From positions 64,001 through 128,000 of the forward strand of contig JAVVEA010000008.1 of NCBI GenBank assembly GCA_032250835.1: a stretch of DNA of 64,000 bases, written 5' to 3'. The position numbers and the translations under genes were made by a program. Below, in pieces: positions 1 to 9,628 of the stretch; the first letter of the stretch is position 1, and every line of letters starts with the position of its first letter. Origin of the DNA: a bacterium (GTDB lineage: Bacteria > SAR324 > XYD2-FULL-50-16). The notes under the pieces are model-generated. The model had not been told where the DNA came from. It ran no database searches and was given only the letters and a program-made list of their open reading frames with translations.

Positions 1-133
1 TCTTAAAATGATAATAGAGGCTGCCCGGACTGACCCCAGCGGCCTTGGCGATGTGGTTGGTGGTGACGCCAGCGGTCCCCTGCTCATTGAAGAGCTCCAA
101 CGCGGCCTGTAGGACCTTTTCTCGGTTTCCCAT
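1..133 (-). CDS. TetR/AcrR family regulator, N-terminal HTH only (runs off window edge)
   Basis: Not in ORF track. Manual translation from ATG at 133-131 gives MGNREKVLQAALELFNEQGTAGVTTNHIAKAAGVSPGSLYYHFK, a canonical TetR HTH. The start overlaps the stop of the upstream gene (TAATG). Confidence 0.9.
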   Translation of the reverse strand, partial: MGNREKVLQAALELFNEQGTAGVTTNHIAKAAGVSPGSLYYHFK

Positions 134-1575
134 TAGAAGCTGTATTTGAGGGCCGCTATCAGCCGGTCGTTGTTCTTAAAGGGTTCGAGCAGGGCCGTAT
201 CGCTGGGTGATTCAAAAGCAACCAGCCCTCCCGAAATGTTCAAGGCATCGATCACGTCATAGTCTACCGTCAGCCGGTACACGTCCCCGTCCTGGTCAAA
301 GAAGTGAATCCATACGACCCGGTAGTGAAGCGTGTCGTTTAGGGCCGCATAGTCCAAGCTAGAGAAGGTCATGGCGGTGGTCTCGCCACTGCTGAGATTG
401 TCTTGGTAGTCGGCAATCTGCTCGTAAATCCCTTCTAAGGTGAGCGTTAAGTCGGTGATGCCCATGTATTCTACGCCCAAACTCGCTTGGTTGAGCGTCT
501 TTTCGACGGTTGCCTCAACGTTGTCTTGATTGGGCATTTGCCCCGAGTAAGCTAAGGTCATGATCTGAGCCGCTAGGTCGTTGCGGGTATAGGTCATCCC
601 TTGCTTGCGCGCCAACTCACCTTTGATCAACATTCCGCCGAAGACTTGATTAGCCGAAACCCCTACCGAACGGACCTTGGCGTATTTTGGAGTCAGCGTC
701 AGGCCAGCAGTAGAGCTGTAGGATTCAAAATCCAGATAGAAGCTGTCTGAGTAGGTCTCTGAAGCATACAACGCGGCGTCGCCCCCGTGGTATCGGTTTA
801 AGACCCGAAACATCCACTCGCCCCCATTGGCCGGTAGCTCGTCTTCGGCAACCTGAACTCCACTGCTGCGCAGGCCAGACAGGGGGTCAAACTCGCTGCC
901 CTGGGTGCCGATTTTGTTGGGTCGGAATTCGTGCAGCGCTACTAGGTCGGTCTGGAAGCCCCCGCTGGCCCAAGTTAGCTTGGTGGCGGTGACCGGGATG
1001 CGCGCGTCTTCAATATCCACCATGCCCAGTTCGCGGTTGTCGCGCGGGTTGGCCATGTCATTGATCTGGGCCGCGTCACTTTGGCCCCAGGCAACGATTT
1101 GCCGTCCCGATTTCAGAGAAAAGCCGCCGCCCAAGACCCCTTCGATATAGGTGTCGCGTAGCTCCAACTCCCGCTCATAGGCATCCAAAGTATCTTGGCT
1201 GTATTGGTCTCGACCGTTGACGCGGTAGGCCTGGTCGTGGAACCCATTGCCGTTGATCTTCAGACGCCAGTCTGGATTGAATTTATAATCAAAAGACAGG
1301 TTTAGGGTGAACCGCATCTTAGTGAACTTTTCCTGGTCCGACTCTTTGGCGTAAGAATAGCCCGCCTCGGCTTTGGTGAAGCCGTAGAAGTCCCAAGACT
1401 TTTGTTCGAAGTCCCTATCGATTTGGCCGATGTCGATGCTGGGTGCGGCGATTTCGGTATCAAAACCTTCGCCAAAACCGCCGGAGCCAAATCCGGCGTC
1501 TTCAAATCCGTCTTGTGCCCAGGCCGCTGGAGCGGCCAACAGGAGGCAGGCAGCTAGGCTAAGCCATCGCTTCAT
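133..1575 (-). CDS. DUF1302-like outer-membrane beta-barrel protein
   Basis: Signal peptide (AWA), GRQIVAWG and NPRD motifs, amphipathic strands, C-terminal LKYSF beta-signal; typical partner of MMPL/LolA-like clusters. Confidence 0.7.
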   Translation of the reverse strand: MKRWLSLAACLLLAAPAAWAQDGFEDAGFGSGGFGEGFDTEIAAPSIDIGQIDRDFEQKSWDFYGFTKAEAGYSYAKESDQEKFTKMRFTLNLSFDYKFNPDWRLKINGNGFHDQAYRVNGRDQYSQDTLDAYERELELRDTYIEGVLGGGFSLKSGRQIVAWGQSDAAQINDMANPRDNRELGMVDIEDARIPVTATKLTWASGGFQTDLVALHEFRPNKIGTQGSEFDPLSGLRSSGVQVAEDELPANGGEWMFRVLNRYHGGDAALYASETYSDSFYLDFESYSSTAGLTLTPKYAKVRSVGVSANQVFGGMLIKGELARKQGMTYTRNDLAAQIMTLAYSGQMPNQDNVEATVEKTLNQASLGVEYMGITDLTLTLEGIYEQIADYQDNLSSGETTAMTFSSLDYAALNDTLHYRVVWIHFFDQDGDVYRLTVDYDVIDALNISGGLVAFESPSDTALLEPFKNNDRLIAALKYSF

Positions 1576-2384
1576 TAGAGCCCCCGCTGCATGCGCTGGG
1601 TGTTGAACAGTTGATCGTCCACCCCTTGGTTGTATTGTAGGTTGTCAAAGACCAACACCGTGGAATGCTCGCGTTGGTTGCGGCTGAAAGTACTCATTTC
1701 CAGCTTTTTGGCGGTCCAGATTCCCTGGATTTGCTGGATGTCGCTGGCTTTCATGATCTTGATCTTCTGGCCTTTCTTAACCCAAACCTTACCCTGGACT
1801 ACCATAAAGTTGTCTTTGCGGACCCAAGCCAGCCGCTTGAGGTAGCCCGTGTCTTCGATCACCTGGGCGGCAATGTCTTGGCGGGGCACTGAACCGATCA
1901 CCCAGCAATCCTGACCGTCGATCATTTCGGATTCCTTGACCATCTGATAAGACCAATCACTGACTTCCAGGCCGTTCATGTCGTGGTAGGTGAAGTCGGT
2001 GCCCATGAAGCTGTCTTTTTTGTTGCTGCTAGCGATCCGCTTGACCTTACGTAAGGCCGGCAGGTAGAGCCAATTGTCATCATCTTTGTCGGCAGGTTCG
2101 TAGTCAAAGGCCAAGAACGAAGTGTTTTTTACGTCTGCCGGATCGAGAAAGAACATCAAAGACTTGGTGGTCTCGTCGGCATAATCCTTACGGAAGCTTT
2201 TGAGTTTGCGTACCCGTTGTTGGTCTTTAGAATCCACCATGATCATGGTCATTTCGCTGATCGAGGTCTCTCCATCATCCAGCTTATCTGACTTCTCGAT
2301 AATTTCTTGGGGGCTCAAGGCAAAGACTGGTTGAGAAAAAACCAATAGCGCCAGGGCAGCCATTGCGGTTTTCATTACTTTCAT
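1575..2384 (-). CDS. Outer-membrane lipoprotein-sorting (LolA-like fold) periplasmic protein
   Basis: Signal peptide; PADVKNTSFL, WLYLPALRKVKRI and FMGTDFTY motifs characteristic of the family; coupled to the downstream gene. Confidence 0.85.
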   Translation of the reverse strand: MKVMKTAMAALALLVFSQPVFALSPQEIIEKSDKLDDGETSISEMTMIMVDSKDQQRVRKLKSFRKDYADETTKSLMFFLDPADVKNTSFLAFDYEPADKDDDNWLYLPALRKVKRIASSNKKDSFMGTDFTYHDMNGLEVSDWSYQMVKESEMIDGQDCWVIGSVPRQDIAAQVIEDTGYLKRLAWVRKDNFMVVQGKVWVKKGQKIKIMKASDIQQIQGIWTAKKLEMSTFSRNQREHSTVLVFDNLQYNQGVDDQLFNTQRMQRGL

Positions 2385-2405
2385 AGGTTATCCTTTATGG
2401 GGTGA

Positions 2406-3086
2406 TTAAAAGTTGTAGCCGATCGTGAAATGCACCAACACTTGTGAAGTCGGTGGGGCGTTGTCGATCAGACGTTGCTTTAAGGCCGCTTGGTCGGCGT
2501 CGCTGACCGTCTCGTCAAAGCCCGAGAGGGCCACTTCCGAATCGCTCGGATTGTTGACCCCGGCCAAGACGCCAAAGCCCATCGACAAGCCAAATTCAAA
2601 GACATGGTTGATGCCCGCGCCGAGTGCAGCGCCGGAATAGGGTTGGCCGCTTACCTCTGCCGTGAAACCGGTGGTGTAAGCGTTGTCCCCGATCACACGC
2701 AATCTCTGGTCATACACCAAGGTCATTTGGTCTCCTTCGGTGGCCAAGTATCCGAGGCTGAAATAACCACCAAAGGCCCAAGGAGACCAGCGCAACTCCG
2801 CTCCACGGCGTTTAGCCAGATTGGCGTCGTCGCTGACCAAGCCGTAATATCCATATTGGAGTTGCTCACGGCGCGAACCATTTTGGTCATAGCCGTCGCT
2901 AGTAACAGAAAACGGGTTGGCTTGAATCACGCCGAAGTACCAAGACTCGTTGAAGTGGTATCCCAGCGCCCCGCCTCCAGAGAGGTTAAGCTGCCATTGG
3001 AGCGGGTTGATTTTTCGCCCTTGATCGGCTGCCCACAAAGGATTAGCAAGAAAAAGGGGCAACAATAAGAAAAAGATCCGTTTCAT
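2406..3086 (-). CDS. Hypothetical small outer-membrane beta-barrel protein
   Basis: Signal peptide (LWA), Gly/aromatic-rich strands, terminal IGYNF beta-signal. Confidence 0.6.
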   Translation of the reverse strand: MKRIFFLLLPLFLANPLWAADQGRKINPLQWQLNLSGGGALGYHFNESWYFGVIQANPFSVTSDGYDQNGSRREQLQYGYYGLVSDDANLAKRRGAELRWSPWAFGGYFSLGYLATEGDQMTLVYDQRLRVIGDNAYTTGFTAEVSGQPYSGAALGAGINHVFEFGLSMGFGVLAGVNNPSDSEVALSGFDETVSDADQAALKQRLIDNAPPTSQVLVHFTIGYNF

Positions 3087-3098
3087 GGTTACCTTTCC

Positions 3099-5597
3099 TT
3101 AAGAATGGGCCTTGGATTTTTGTAAAAACATCACCGCAGGCAGGAGCGTGAGGGATGCGACCAAGGCCACCAGCAGAATCACCCCGGCAAAGAAGCCCAA
3201 TTGGATGTTCGGCACAAAGGTCGAAAGCATCAGAATCGCAAAGCCAAAGAACAGAATCACCGTGGTGAAGGTGATGGCTTTGCCCGTTTCGGTAACCGCA
3301 ACATGCACCGCTTCTTTGCGGGAGACGCCGGTGGCGCGCACCTTCATGTAGCGGCTTAAGATATGGATGGTGTCGTCCACGGCGATACCGAAGGTTACCG
3401 AGGCGATGATCATGGCGCTGAAGTTTAGGTAGAATCCCATCAGACCCATAATGCCCCCGGCCAATAAAATCGGGAACAGGCTGGGGATCAAGGCCAACAG
3501 TCCATATTTAATGGACCGCAGCAACACCAAGAAGCAGATGAAGATCGCGGCTAAGGCCAGGGCAAAGGACTGGACGATGCCTTGAAGGATATAGGTGTCC
3601 ATGTTGTTATACAAAACCGGCATGCCCGTGATGGTCACCCCAAGGTCAGCAAAGTCCTGGTCCACCTTGGTTTGGATCTTTTGCACAAAGTCTTTCATCT
3701 GGTTGGTCGGTTGGTTGACCAGCCGCAAGGAGACCCGCATCCGGCGCTCGTCGAAGGTCTTGAGGTCCGTCAAGTCTTCGGTGGGAGAGGAGTTGCTGTA
3801 TAACAACAGATACTGGGCCACCAGCTCCCGCGAGTCGGGTAGTTTGTTCCAGGCCGGGTCGTCGCCGTGCATGGCTTGGTTGAGCTTACTTAAAATATCC
3901 AAGAGGCTGTTGGCTTGGCCGGTATGGTCTAAGCTTTCGAGGTAGTCTTGGAATTCTTGGGCGCGGGCCAGATACTGGGGGTCTAAGACGCCTTTGTCTT
4001 TGCCTGAATCTAAGATGAACTCCAAGAAAAAGCCGCCCTGGTAGGTGTCGTTAAAGTAGTCCAGGTCCGCACGCATGGGCGCGTCTTTTTTGAAGTAGTC
4101 CACAAAGTTGGCGTTTACTTTAACCGTCGAGAGCGCGGCCACAGAGGCCAAAACCACCACCAAGCCGATGATTGAAATGGGCTTAGCGTATTTAAAGTCA
4201 AAGTCCGTGATCTTAGCGGTGAAGCGGTCCACAAAACCTACTTCCGCATCTTCTTGGGCCTGACTCTCTTTGGCCTTGGCAAAACTCATCAAGGCGGGCA
4301 AGAGCGTGACGGTGATCAGGAAGGCCATGGCCACGCCGAAGGCTGCGACGACGCCAAATTCACGTAGCGGCGCTAGCTTACTGACCGAGATGGCCAGAAA
4401 ACCCAAACCCGTGGTGATCGAGGTGTTAAGACAAGGCACAAAGAGGTGGCGGACCGACTCTTTGGCCGCTTCCTTGGGCTCAACCCCTTGGTTGCGGTGG
4501 TGGTAAAACTCCACCAGAATATGCACCGAATCACCGATGCCCACGGCCATCAAGATGACCGGTAGCGTCACGTTGAGCATGTTTAAGGCCCAGCCGAGAT
4601 AGGCGATAAAGGCCATGGTGGTCACCACCGAACCGACTATCACCAAAAGGGGCATGGTCAAGCCCGCGACGCTGCGGAAGCTGGTGACCAAAACGACGAT
4701 GATCAGCAAAAACATCAGCGGCAGCGTCAGTTCCTGATCCGACATGCTGCTGTTAAAGAAGTTCGCCGAGATTTCAGGGTTGCCGGTGAAATGGAAGACA
4801 AAACCTTGCTCTTCAAATCCCTGCTCTTTAACAAAGTTTTTGACCTCTTTGACCATCGCTACATGGTGGTTGATGGTCCCTTTGAGGTAGGTGGCGCGGG
4901 CGCTGATCAGAGCATGACGGAAGTCTTGGCTGATCAGGCTGCCGACCACTAAGGTTTCGCCTTTCATCAAGGCTTCGGCCTGGGCCAGTTGCTCTGGGGT
5001 TCCCTCAAACTCGCTGGGGCTTTCAGGGAAGAGGTCGTGGACGTCTAAAGTGTCGCCTTTGGATTGGGTGACCTGATAGGTGGTCAGTGACTGTACCTTG
5101 GTGACCGCGCGGATCGGGTGGCTACGTTTTGGTTGCTCTGGGTTTAAAGTACCTTCACCAAATCCTTGGTCAAAGCCGCCGCTAAAATCACCGCCCAGGT
5201 CGCCGCCGATGCCTAGGCTGTCGGTCTGGAATTTTTCGCCGTTACGCTCGCGGGTGAGGTCTGTGAACTGGACGTCTTTTAAAAAGTCGTGGTTTTCTAG
5301 AAACTCGGTGAGCTGATAGGTCATTTCAATGTACTCTTTGGTGAACACTGAAGCGTCGCCGGGGCGCGCTTCAATGCCGATCAAAAAGTATTCATTGTCG
5401 CCAAAAGATTTGAGTAGTTCATCATATTGGACCAATGCCGGGTCGTCTTTGATGAACCACATTTCGTTGGAGTTGTCGAAATATAGGTTCTTCAAAGGCA
5501 AGAGGGCCAGCAGGGCAAAAATCGCCGAAGCCACCAGCACCAACCAGCGCCGCTCCACCACGAAGTCGGCCCAAAAGTTTATAAATTTTCGAAACAT
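3099..5597 (-). CDS. MMPL/RND-superfamily transporter (second copy)
   Basis: Two repeats of TM + periplasmic domain + 5 TM; VGIGDSVH and GIAVDDTIH motifs. Confidence 0.9.
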   Translation of the reverse strand: MFRKFINFWADFVVERRWLVLVASAIFALLALLPLKNLYFDNSNEMWFIKDDPALVQYDELLKSFGDNEYFLIGIEARPGDASVFTKEYIEMTYQLTEFLENHDFLKDVQFTDLTRERNGEKFQTDSLGIGGDLGGDFSGGFDQGFGEGTLNPEQPKRSHPIRAVTKVQSLTTYQVTQSKGDTLDVHDLFPESPSEFEGTPEQLAQAEALMKGETLVVGSLISQDFRHALISARATYLKGTINHHVAMVKEVKNFVKEQGFEEQGFVFHFTGNPEISANFFNSSMSDQELTLPLMFLLIIVVLVTSFRSVAGLTMPLLVIVGSVVTTMAFIAYLGWALNMLNVTLPVILMAVGIGDSVHILVEFYHHRNQGVEPKEAAKESVRHLFVPCLNTSITTGLGFLAISVSKLAPLREFGVVAAFGVAMAFLITVTLLPALMSFAKAKESQAQEDAEVGFVDRFTAKITDFDFKYAKPISIIGLVVVLASVAALSTVKVNANFVDYFKKDAPMRADLDYFNDTYQGGFFLEFILDSGKDKGVLDPQYLARAQEFQDYLESLDHTGQANSLLDILSKLNQAMHGDDPAWNKLPDSRELVAQYLLLYSNSSPTEDLTDLKTFDERRMRVSLRLVNQPTNQMKDFVQKIQTKVDQDFADLGVTITGMPVLYNNMDTYILQGIVQSFALALAAIFICFLVLLRSIKYGLLALIPSLFPILLAGGIMGLMGFYLNFSAMIIASVTFGIAVDDTIHILSRYMKVRATGVSRKEAVHVAVTETGKAITFTTVILFFGFAILMLSTFVPNIQLGFFAGVILLVALVASLTLLPAVMFLQKSKAHS

Positions 5598-5624
5598 CGG
5601 TTCAGCTTGAAAGATAGTTTTGGG

Positions 5625-5665
5625 TTAGAGCAATTACTCTAAATTGATTAGAGTAATTGCTCTAG
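5625..5665. promoter_or_regulatory. Tandem near-palindromic operator pair (TAGAGyAATTrCTCTA x2) before the second MMPL gene
   Basis: TTAGAGCAATTACTCTAA (5625-5642) and TTAGAGTAATTGCTCTAG (5648-5665); minus-strand TTGACC (-35-like) at 5668-5673. Confidence 0.7.
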
Positions 5666-5669
5666 AGGG

Positions 5670-8102
5670 TCAAGCCCTTTTTTTCCGCTGCCGGTTGAGG
5701 TCCATCCAGGTCAATAGCGCCGAGGAGAGGACTACATCCCCAAAAAAGGCAAAGAGCAAGGCTAAGCCCGTATAGAAACCGAAGTTAAACAGGTTGTTCA
5801 TATCCGCCAGCATATATAGCCAAAAACCCAAGGTAAGCACGATGCTGGTGGTCAACATAGCCCGGCCTGCGGTGGACAGAGTCAGTTCAATGGCCCGCTT
5901 GGAGTCGCCGGTTTCGGCAAAATAGCGGCGGTAGTTGTGGAAGAAGTGGATGGTGTCGTCCACCGCCAAACCCAGCGCAATGGAGCCGGTTAAGAGGGTG
6001 AACATATCCATGGGGACGCCCATGAATCCCATCAAACCAATGGTTAAGACGATCGGACTTAAGTTGGGGATCATGCTGATCAGCCCTAACTTAAGGTTGC
6101 CCATCAAGAGGATCATCAAAACCGTGATCACCAGAGCCGCAATGCCGTAAGACTGGATCATGGTGTGGATCATGAGGGTCATGGTCTTCGCAAAGAGGGT
6201 GGTCATCCCGGTTGTTTGTACCTTCACGTCGGGCCCCAATAATTCCTCGGCTTTGGCTTGCAATTGATCGAGAATGGGGATGTAGGCCATGGAGTCGATC
6301 CAGGGCATCTTGGCGGTCAGTCGGGTCTTGCTAAACTGGCTATCCACTTGGTCTTCCAGGTCGTCGCTGCCGGAGTTTTCGAAGAGCAAAAATTCCTGAG
6401 CGATCAATTCACGGTTCTGGGGGATCACATAAGCTTCGGGTCTGTTTTCATTGAGCGCTTGGTTGATTTCGCGCAGCATAGTCGCCAACGAAAGGGACTT
6501 GCCCACAAATTCATCGCCCTCATGACCGCCTGTGGGCTCTAAAGTCATGGCAAATGTTTCTAGCTCGGCCAGGGCATTTAAGACCTTAGGGTCGTAAAGC
6601 CCATTTTCTTTGCCTGTGTCGATCAGCAATTCAGCCGACACCGTCCCTTTCATCTCCCGGTCCATCAGTTCGCTCTGCATACGGACCGCCGAATCCTCTG
6701 GGAACCAGACCAACACGTTGTGTTGCAATCGAACCAAACTAGCTCCGTATAAGGAGACCAGGATCACCAAAATGCCCAGAATACTGATCGGTTTGTAGTG
6801 ATCAAAGGCGAAGTCACCTAAGCGGACCAAAAAGCGGTCGGTTAAGGTATTGTCTAATCCTTTATCTATGTAGGACTGGCTTCGCACCGGAAGGATGGCG
6901 AGGACCGTGGGGATCATGGTCAAGGTCATGAAGAGGGCGACCATCACCCCAAAGGCGGCGAAGATGCCTAGGTCGGAAATCGGGGCAACCTTGGCTCCAG
7001 CAAAGGAGAGTAAACCCGCTGCGGTGGTGATGCTGGTCATGGCTACCGGTAGACCCGAGTGGTGCATGGCGTCTTTGATGGCCTGCTCCTTGTTGCCCTT
7101 GTCGCGTTGAAAGTCTTTGTAAAACATGGACATCATATGTACCGAGGCCCCAATGCCCACGGCCAGCAGGAAGCTGGGCATAATCTGGGTCGGGAGCTTG
7201 ACCGGCGTGCCGGTGAAGGCCATCAGGCCCAGGGTGTAAACAAAGCTCAAGACCACCGTCAACAGGGGCAACAAGACCCCCGAGAAGCGGCGGAAGGTGA
7301 GGCTTAAGAAGAAGACAATGGCACCAATTGACAGCAGAGTGAAAAACCGCATGTCTTTCTGCATGGAGGCTTTTAAGTACTCGGTCACCACCGGAGAGCC
7401 CGTAAAGGCGATATGGAAGCCCGGGCTCTCGTATTTATCTTTGATCTCCGCCACCTTTTTTACGATTGCCGAGTTCTCCGCATCGGTGATCGGTTTGCGG
7501 GCGGCACCTTCGGTCAGGTCGGTACCGGTGTCAAAGCCACTGCCAAAGCTAGACTGGCCCAAGCTAGAATAGGCCGATGTTTGGATCATTATGGCCGTAT
7601 ACTGGCCTTTTTCATCGATCAAGAAGTTATGGTACAGACGGTTGTGGATTACATAGTCTTTAAGAGCCGCCACTTCTTCGTCGGTCTGGGGCATTTCGGC
7701 CATCAGGTCTTCAACGATCAAGGCGCCCTGTACCCCGGTGGTTTTGCGGGCGTTGTATAGGCTGTTGACGTCCTTTAGGTTCGGTACAGAGTTTTCAATC
7801 TCTAGGTGCAGCGCCTTGAGTTTTTCTAAGAAAGGCAGGCTGAAGATTTGCTCGGACTTGATCAGCAGAATCAACATTTCGTCGCGCCCAAATTGGTCCC
7901 GGAAGGCTTCGTAAGCGACGATGTTCGGGTCGTCGGGGTGGAAAAAGCCTTCGGTTGAGGTGTCCATGGTTAGGAACCTCAACTGAGAGCCCAAAGCTCC
8001 GGTAAGTAGGACTAAAAAGATCAAGAAAACCCATTTAAAACGGATCGTCAGATTGGCCCAAGCCTCAAAGGCTTGGTCGATCCGTTGCCGGATGTTATTC
8101 AT
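5670..8102 (-). CDS. MMPL/RND-superfamily transporter (first copy)
   Basis: Same topology as the second copy; AVGIGASVH and GLAVDDTIH motifs; start overlaps the TetR stop. Confidence 0.9.
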   Translation of the reverse strand: MNNIRQRIDQAFEAWANLTIRFKWVFLIFLVLLTGALGSQLRFLTMDTSTEGFFHPDDPNIVAYEAFRDQFGRDEMLILLIKSEQIFSLPFLEKLKALHLEIENSVPNLKDVNSLYNARKTTGVQGALIVEDLMAEMPQTDEEVAALKDYVIHNRLYHNFLIDEKGQYTAIMIQTSAYSSLGQSSFGSGFDTGTDLTEGAARKPITDAENSAIVKKVAEIKDKYESPGFHIAFTGSPVVTEYLKASMQKDMRFFTLLSIGAIVFFLSLTFRRFSGVLLPLLTVVLSFVYTLGLMAFTGTPVKLPTQIMPSFLLAVGIGASVHMMSMFYKDFQRDKGNKEQAIKDAMHHSGLPVAMTSITTAAGLLSFAGAKVAPISDLGIFAAFGVMVALFMTLTMIPTVLAILPVRSQSYIDKGLDNTLTDRFLVRLGDFAFDHYKPISILGILVILVSLYGASLVRLQHNVLVWFPEDSAVRMQSELMDREMKGTVSAELLIDTGKENGLYDPKVLNALAELETFAMTLEPTGGHEGDEFVGKSLSLATMLREINQALNENRPEAYVIPQNRELIAQEFLLFENSGSDDLEDQVDSQFSKTRLTAKMPWIDSMAYIPILDQLQAKAEELLGPDVKVQTTGMTTLFAKTMTLMIHTMIQSYGIAALVITVLMILLMGNLKLGLISMIPNLSPIVLTIGLMGFMGVPMDMFTLLTGSIALGLAVDDTIHFFHNYRRYFAETGDSKRAIELTLSTAGRAMLTTSIVLTLGFWLYMLADMNNLFNFGFYTGLALLFAFFGDVVLSSALLTWMDLNRQRKKRA

Positions 8103-8691
8103 TTTCTTCTCCTGAAGGGGTTGATTCGGGTTCCTTTGCTGAGTGCAGTAGGCTTTCTATGTCGGTGATGGATGGGTTCGCCCGTTGGACCAACTGGCGT
8201 TGTAGGATCGGCAGCGCGGATTCTATATAATCGGGGCCCATGATGTTTTTGATGAACTGAGCTCCGATCAGGGCTGCTTGGAAGGCGGTAGCCTCTGGGA
8301 GGTCAAAATTAAAGAGTTTCATCAGCAAGTCACGGCGGCTTTCGACCGTCTTAGCTAGCGCTTTGCGCAACAAGGGTAGGTCCGCGGCGAGCACAACAAA
8401 TTCGTTGAGCAACCGGGAAAACTCCACATCGGTGATCAGTATTTTGGACAAAGCTCCGCTGAGGTCCTCTGCGGTGGAGTTGGCCACATCGCGGGCAAAC
8501 TGGCTAAATTTTCGGTGGGCTAGGTCTTCGATTGCGGCGCACAGCATCTTTTCTTTGGAGCCAAAATAATGATGTACCAGTCCGTGGTTTACCCCTGCTG
8601 CGGCGGCGACTTTACGCACACTCACGGCATGGTGTCCTTCGGTTAAGAGGATTTCTTTTAGGGCGGATAAGATTTTTTGTTTCGCGTCCAT
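8095..8691 (-). CDS. TetR/AcrR family transcriptional regulator
   Basis: SVRKVAAAAGVNHGLVHHYFGSKEKM HTH; AGGAG ribosome-binding site. Confidence 0.92.
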   Translation of the reverse strand: MDAKQKILSALKEILLTEGHHAVSVRKVAAAAGVNHGLVHHYFGSKEKMLCAAIEDLAHRKFSQFARDVANSTAEDLSGALSKILITDVEFSRLLNEFVVLAADLPLLRKALAKTVESRRDLLMKLFNFDLPEATAFQAALIGAQFIKNIMGPDYIESALPILQRQLVQRANPSITDIESLLHSAKEPESTPSGEENE

Positions 8692-8700
8692 GGCTCCTGT

Positions 8701-8746
8701 TTAGTCAATTGACTAACAACTTAGTCAAGTGACTAAATTGGGTCAA
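8701..8746 (-). promoter_or_regulatory. Sigma70-type promoter overlapped by two palindromic operators (likely TetR autoregulation)
   Basis: Perfect 16-bp palindrome TTAGTCAATTGACTAA (8701-8716) and near-perfect TTAGTCAAGTGACTAA (8721-8736); minus-strand TTGACC-N17-TAAGTT (8746-8718). Confidence 0.8.
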
Positions 8747-8971
8747 GTCTTTTTAAGGCGTCCAAAAAAAATGGGCGCTTAAGAGATAGGTGCGGAGGCC
8801 TTTAATGGGGGGCAAGTCGCTGGGTTGTTTGCTAGCTACTTGCTGGAATGCAGAAAAGTGCTTATTAGAAAGGGGTCTAGCCCGGTCGGTAATAAAGGCT
8901 TTGTAATCAGTTTGACTATTGGGTATACTGGTGCCCAACGGCTAAAAATCATTACCTAAATAAAGACGCTT

Positions 8972-9478
8972 ATGCTTTCGGTTAAGGCTATCTACGAAGA
9001 CGGTAAGATCCTGCTCAAAGAGCCGGTCGAACTGGCGGACAATACGGAAGTCATCTTGACCTTCCTCGACGGTGACTACCCAGGACGCTCTGGTTCTAGT
9101 CGGGGCGAATCCACCGAAGAATTAGAGGTTGCGTCCTCTGCTCATGGCGAGGCCAAAGACGATGCCTACTATGAGCGGATGCGTGCCCATAAGCGCTTTA
9201 AAGCCAAGGGGAATATCACCATCGTCGAAGAGAGCGAGGAAACGGACTACCCCTTAAATGATTACTCGGCTGGTGGTTTGTCTTTCTTCGCCGACAAGAT
9301 GTTTAACCAGATGGAGATCATCAGCGCCCGGATCAAATACCGCGCCGCTGGTGAGGTTTTGGAGTTGGACTTTGATATCCGCGTGATGCGTTGCATCGAC
9401 AAAGGTGATCAGTTCATGATCGGCTGCCAATTCTTAGACGGGGCCGATGAAGAGCTTTGGCACACCATTATGTCTTAG
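8972..9478 (+). CDS. DUF104/AF2212-like N-terminal domain fused to a PilZ domain
   Basis: N-terminal VKAIYEDGKILLKEPVEL (DUF104-like); C-terminal RAHKR (RxxxR) and DYSAGG (DxSxxG) c-di-GMP motifs, ending IGCQF. Confidence 0.7.
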   Translation: MLSVKAIYEDGKILLKEPVELADNTEVILTFLDGDYPGRSGSSRGESTEELEVASSAHGEAKDDAYYERMRAHKRFKAKGNITIVEESEETDYPLNDYSAGGLSFFADKMFNQMEIISARIKYRAAGEVLELDFDIRVMRCIDKGDQFMIGCQFLDGADEELWHTIMS

Positions 9479-9564
9479 CGCTCTGAAGATGAGGCGAGGC
9501 GCTTGAGGGGGTTGAGCTTATCTTTTGGCCTGCTGGGACGGTGACCCTACCTGCCAGGGTAAAC

Positions 9565-9604
9565 AAAAAAGGCCGCCTAAGTCGATGACTTAGGCGGCCT
9601 TTTT
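9565..9604. terminator. Bidirectional rho-independent terminator
   Basis: AAAAAAGGCCGCCTAAGTC-gat-GACTTAGGCGGCCTTTTT between convergent genes. Confidence 0.85.
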
Positions 9605-9628
9605 CTTTTCTAGCCAGGGGCTAAACTC

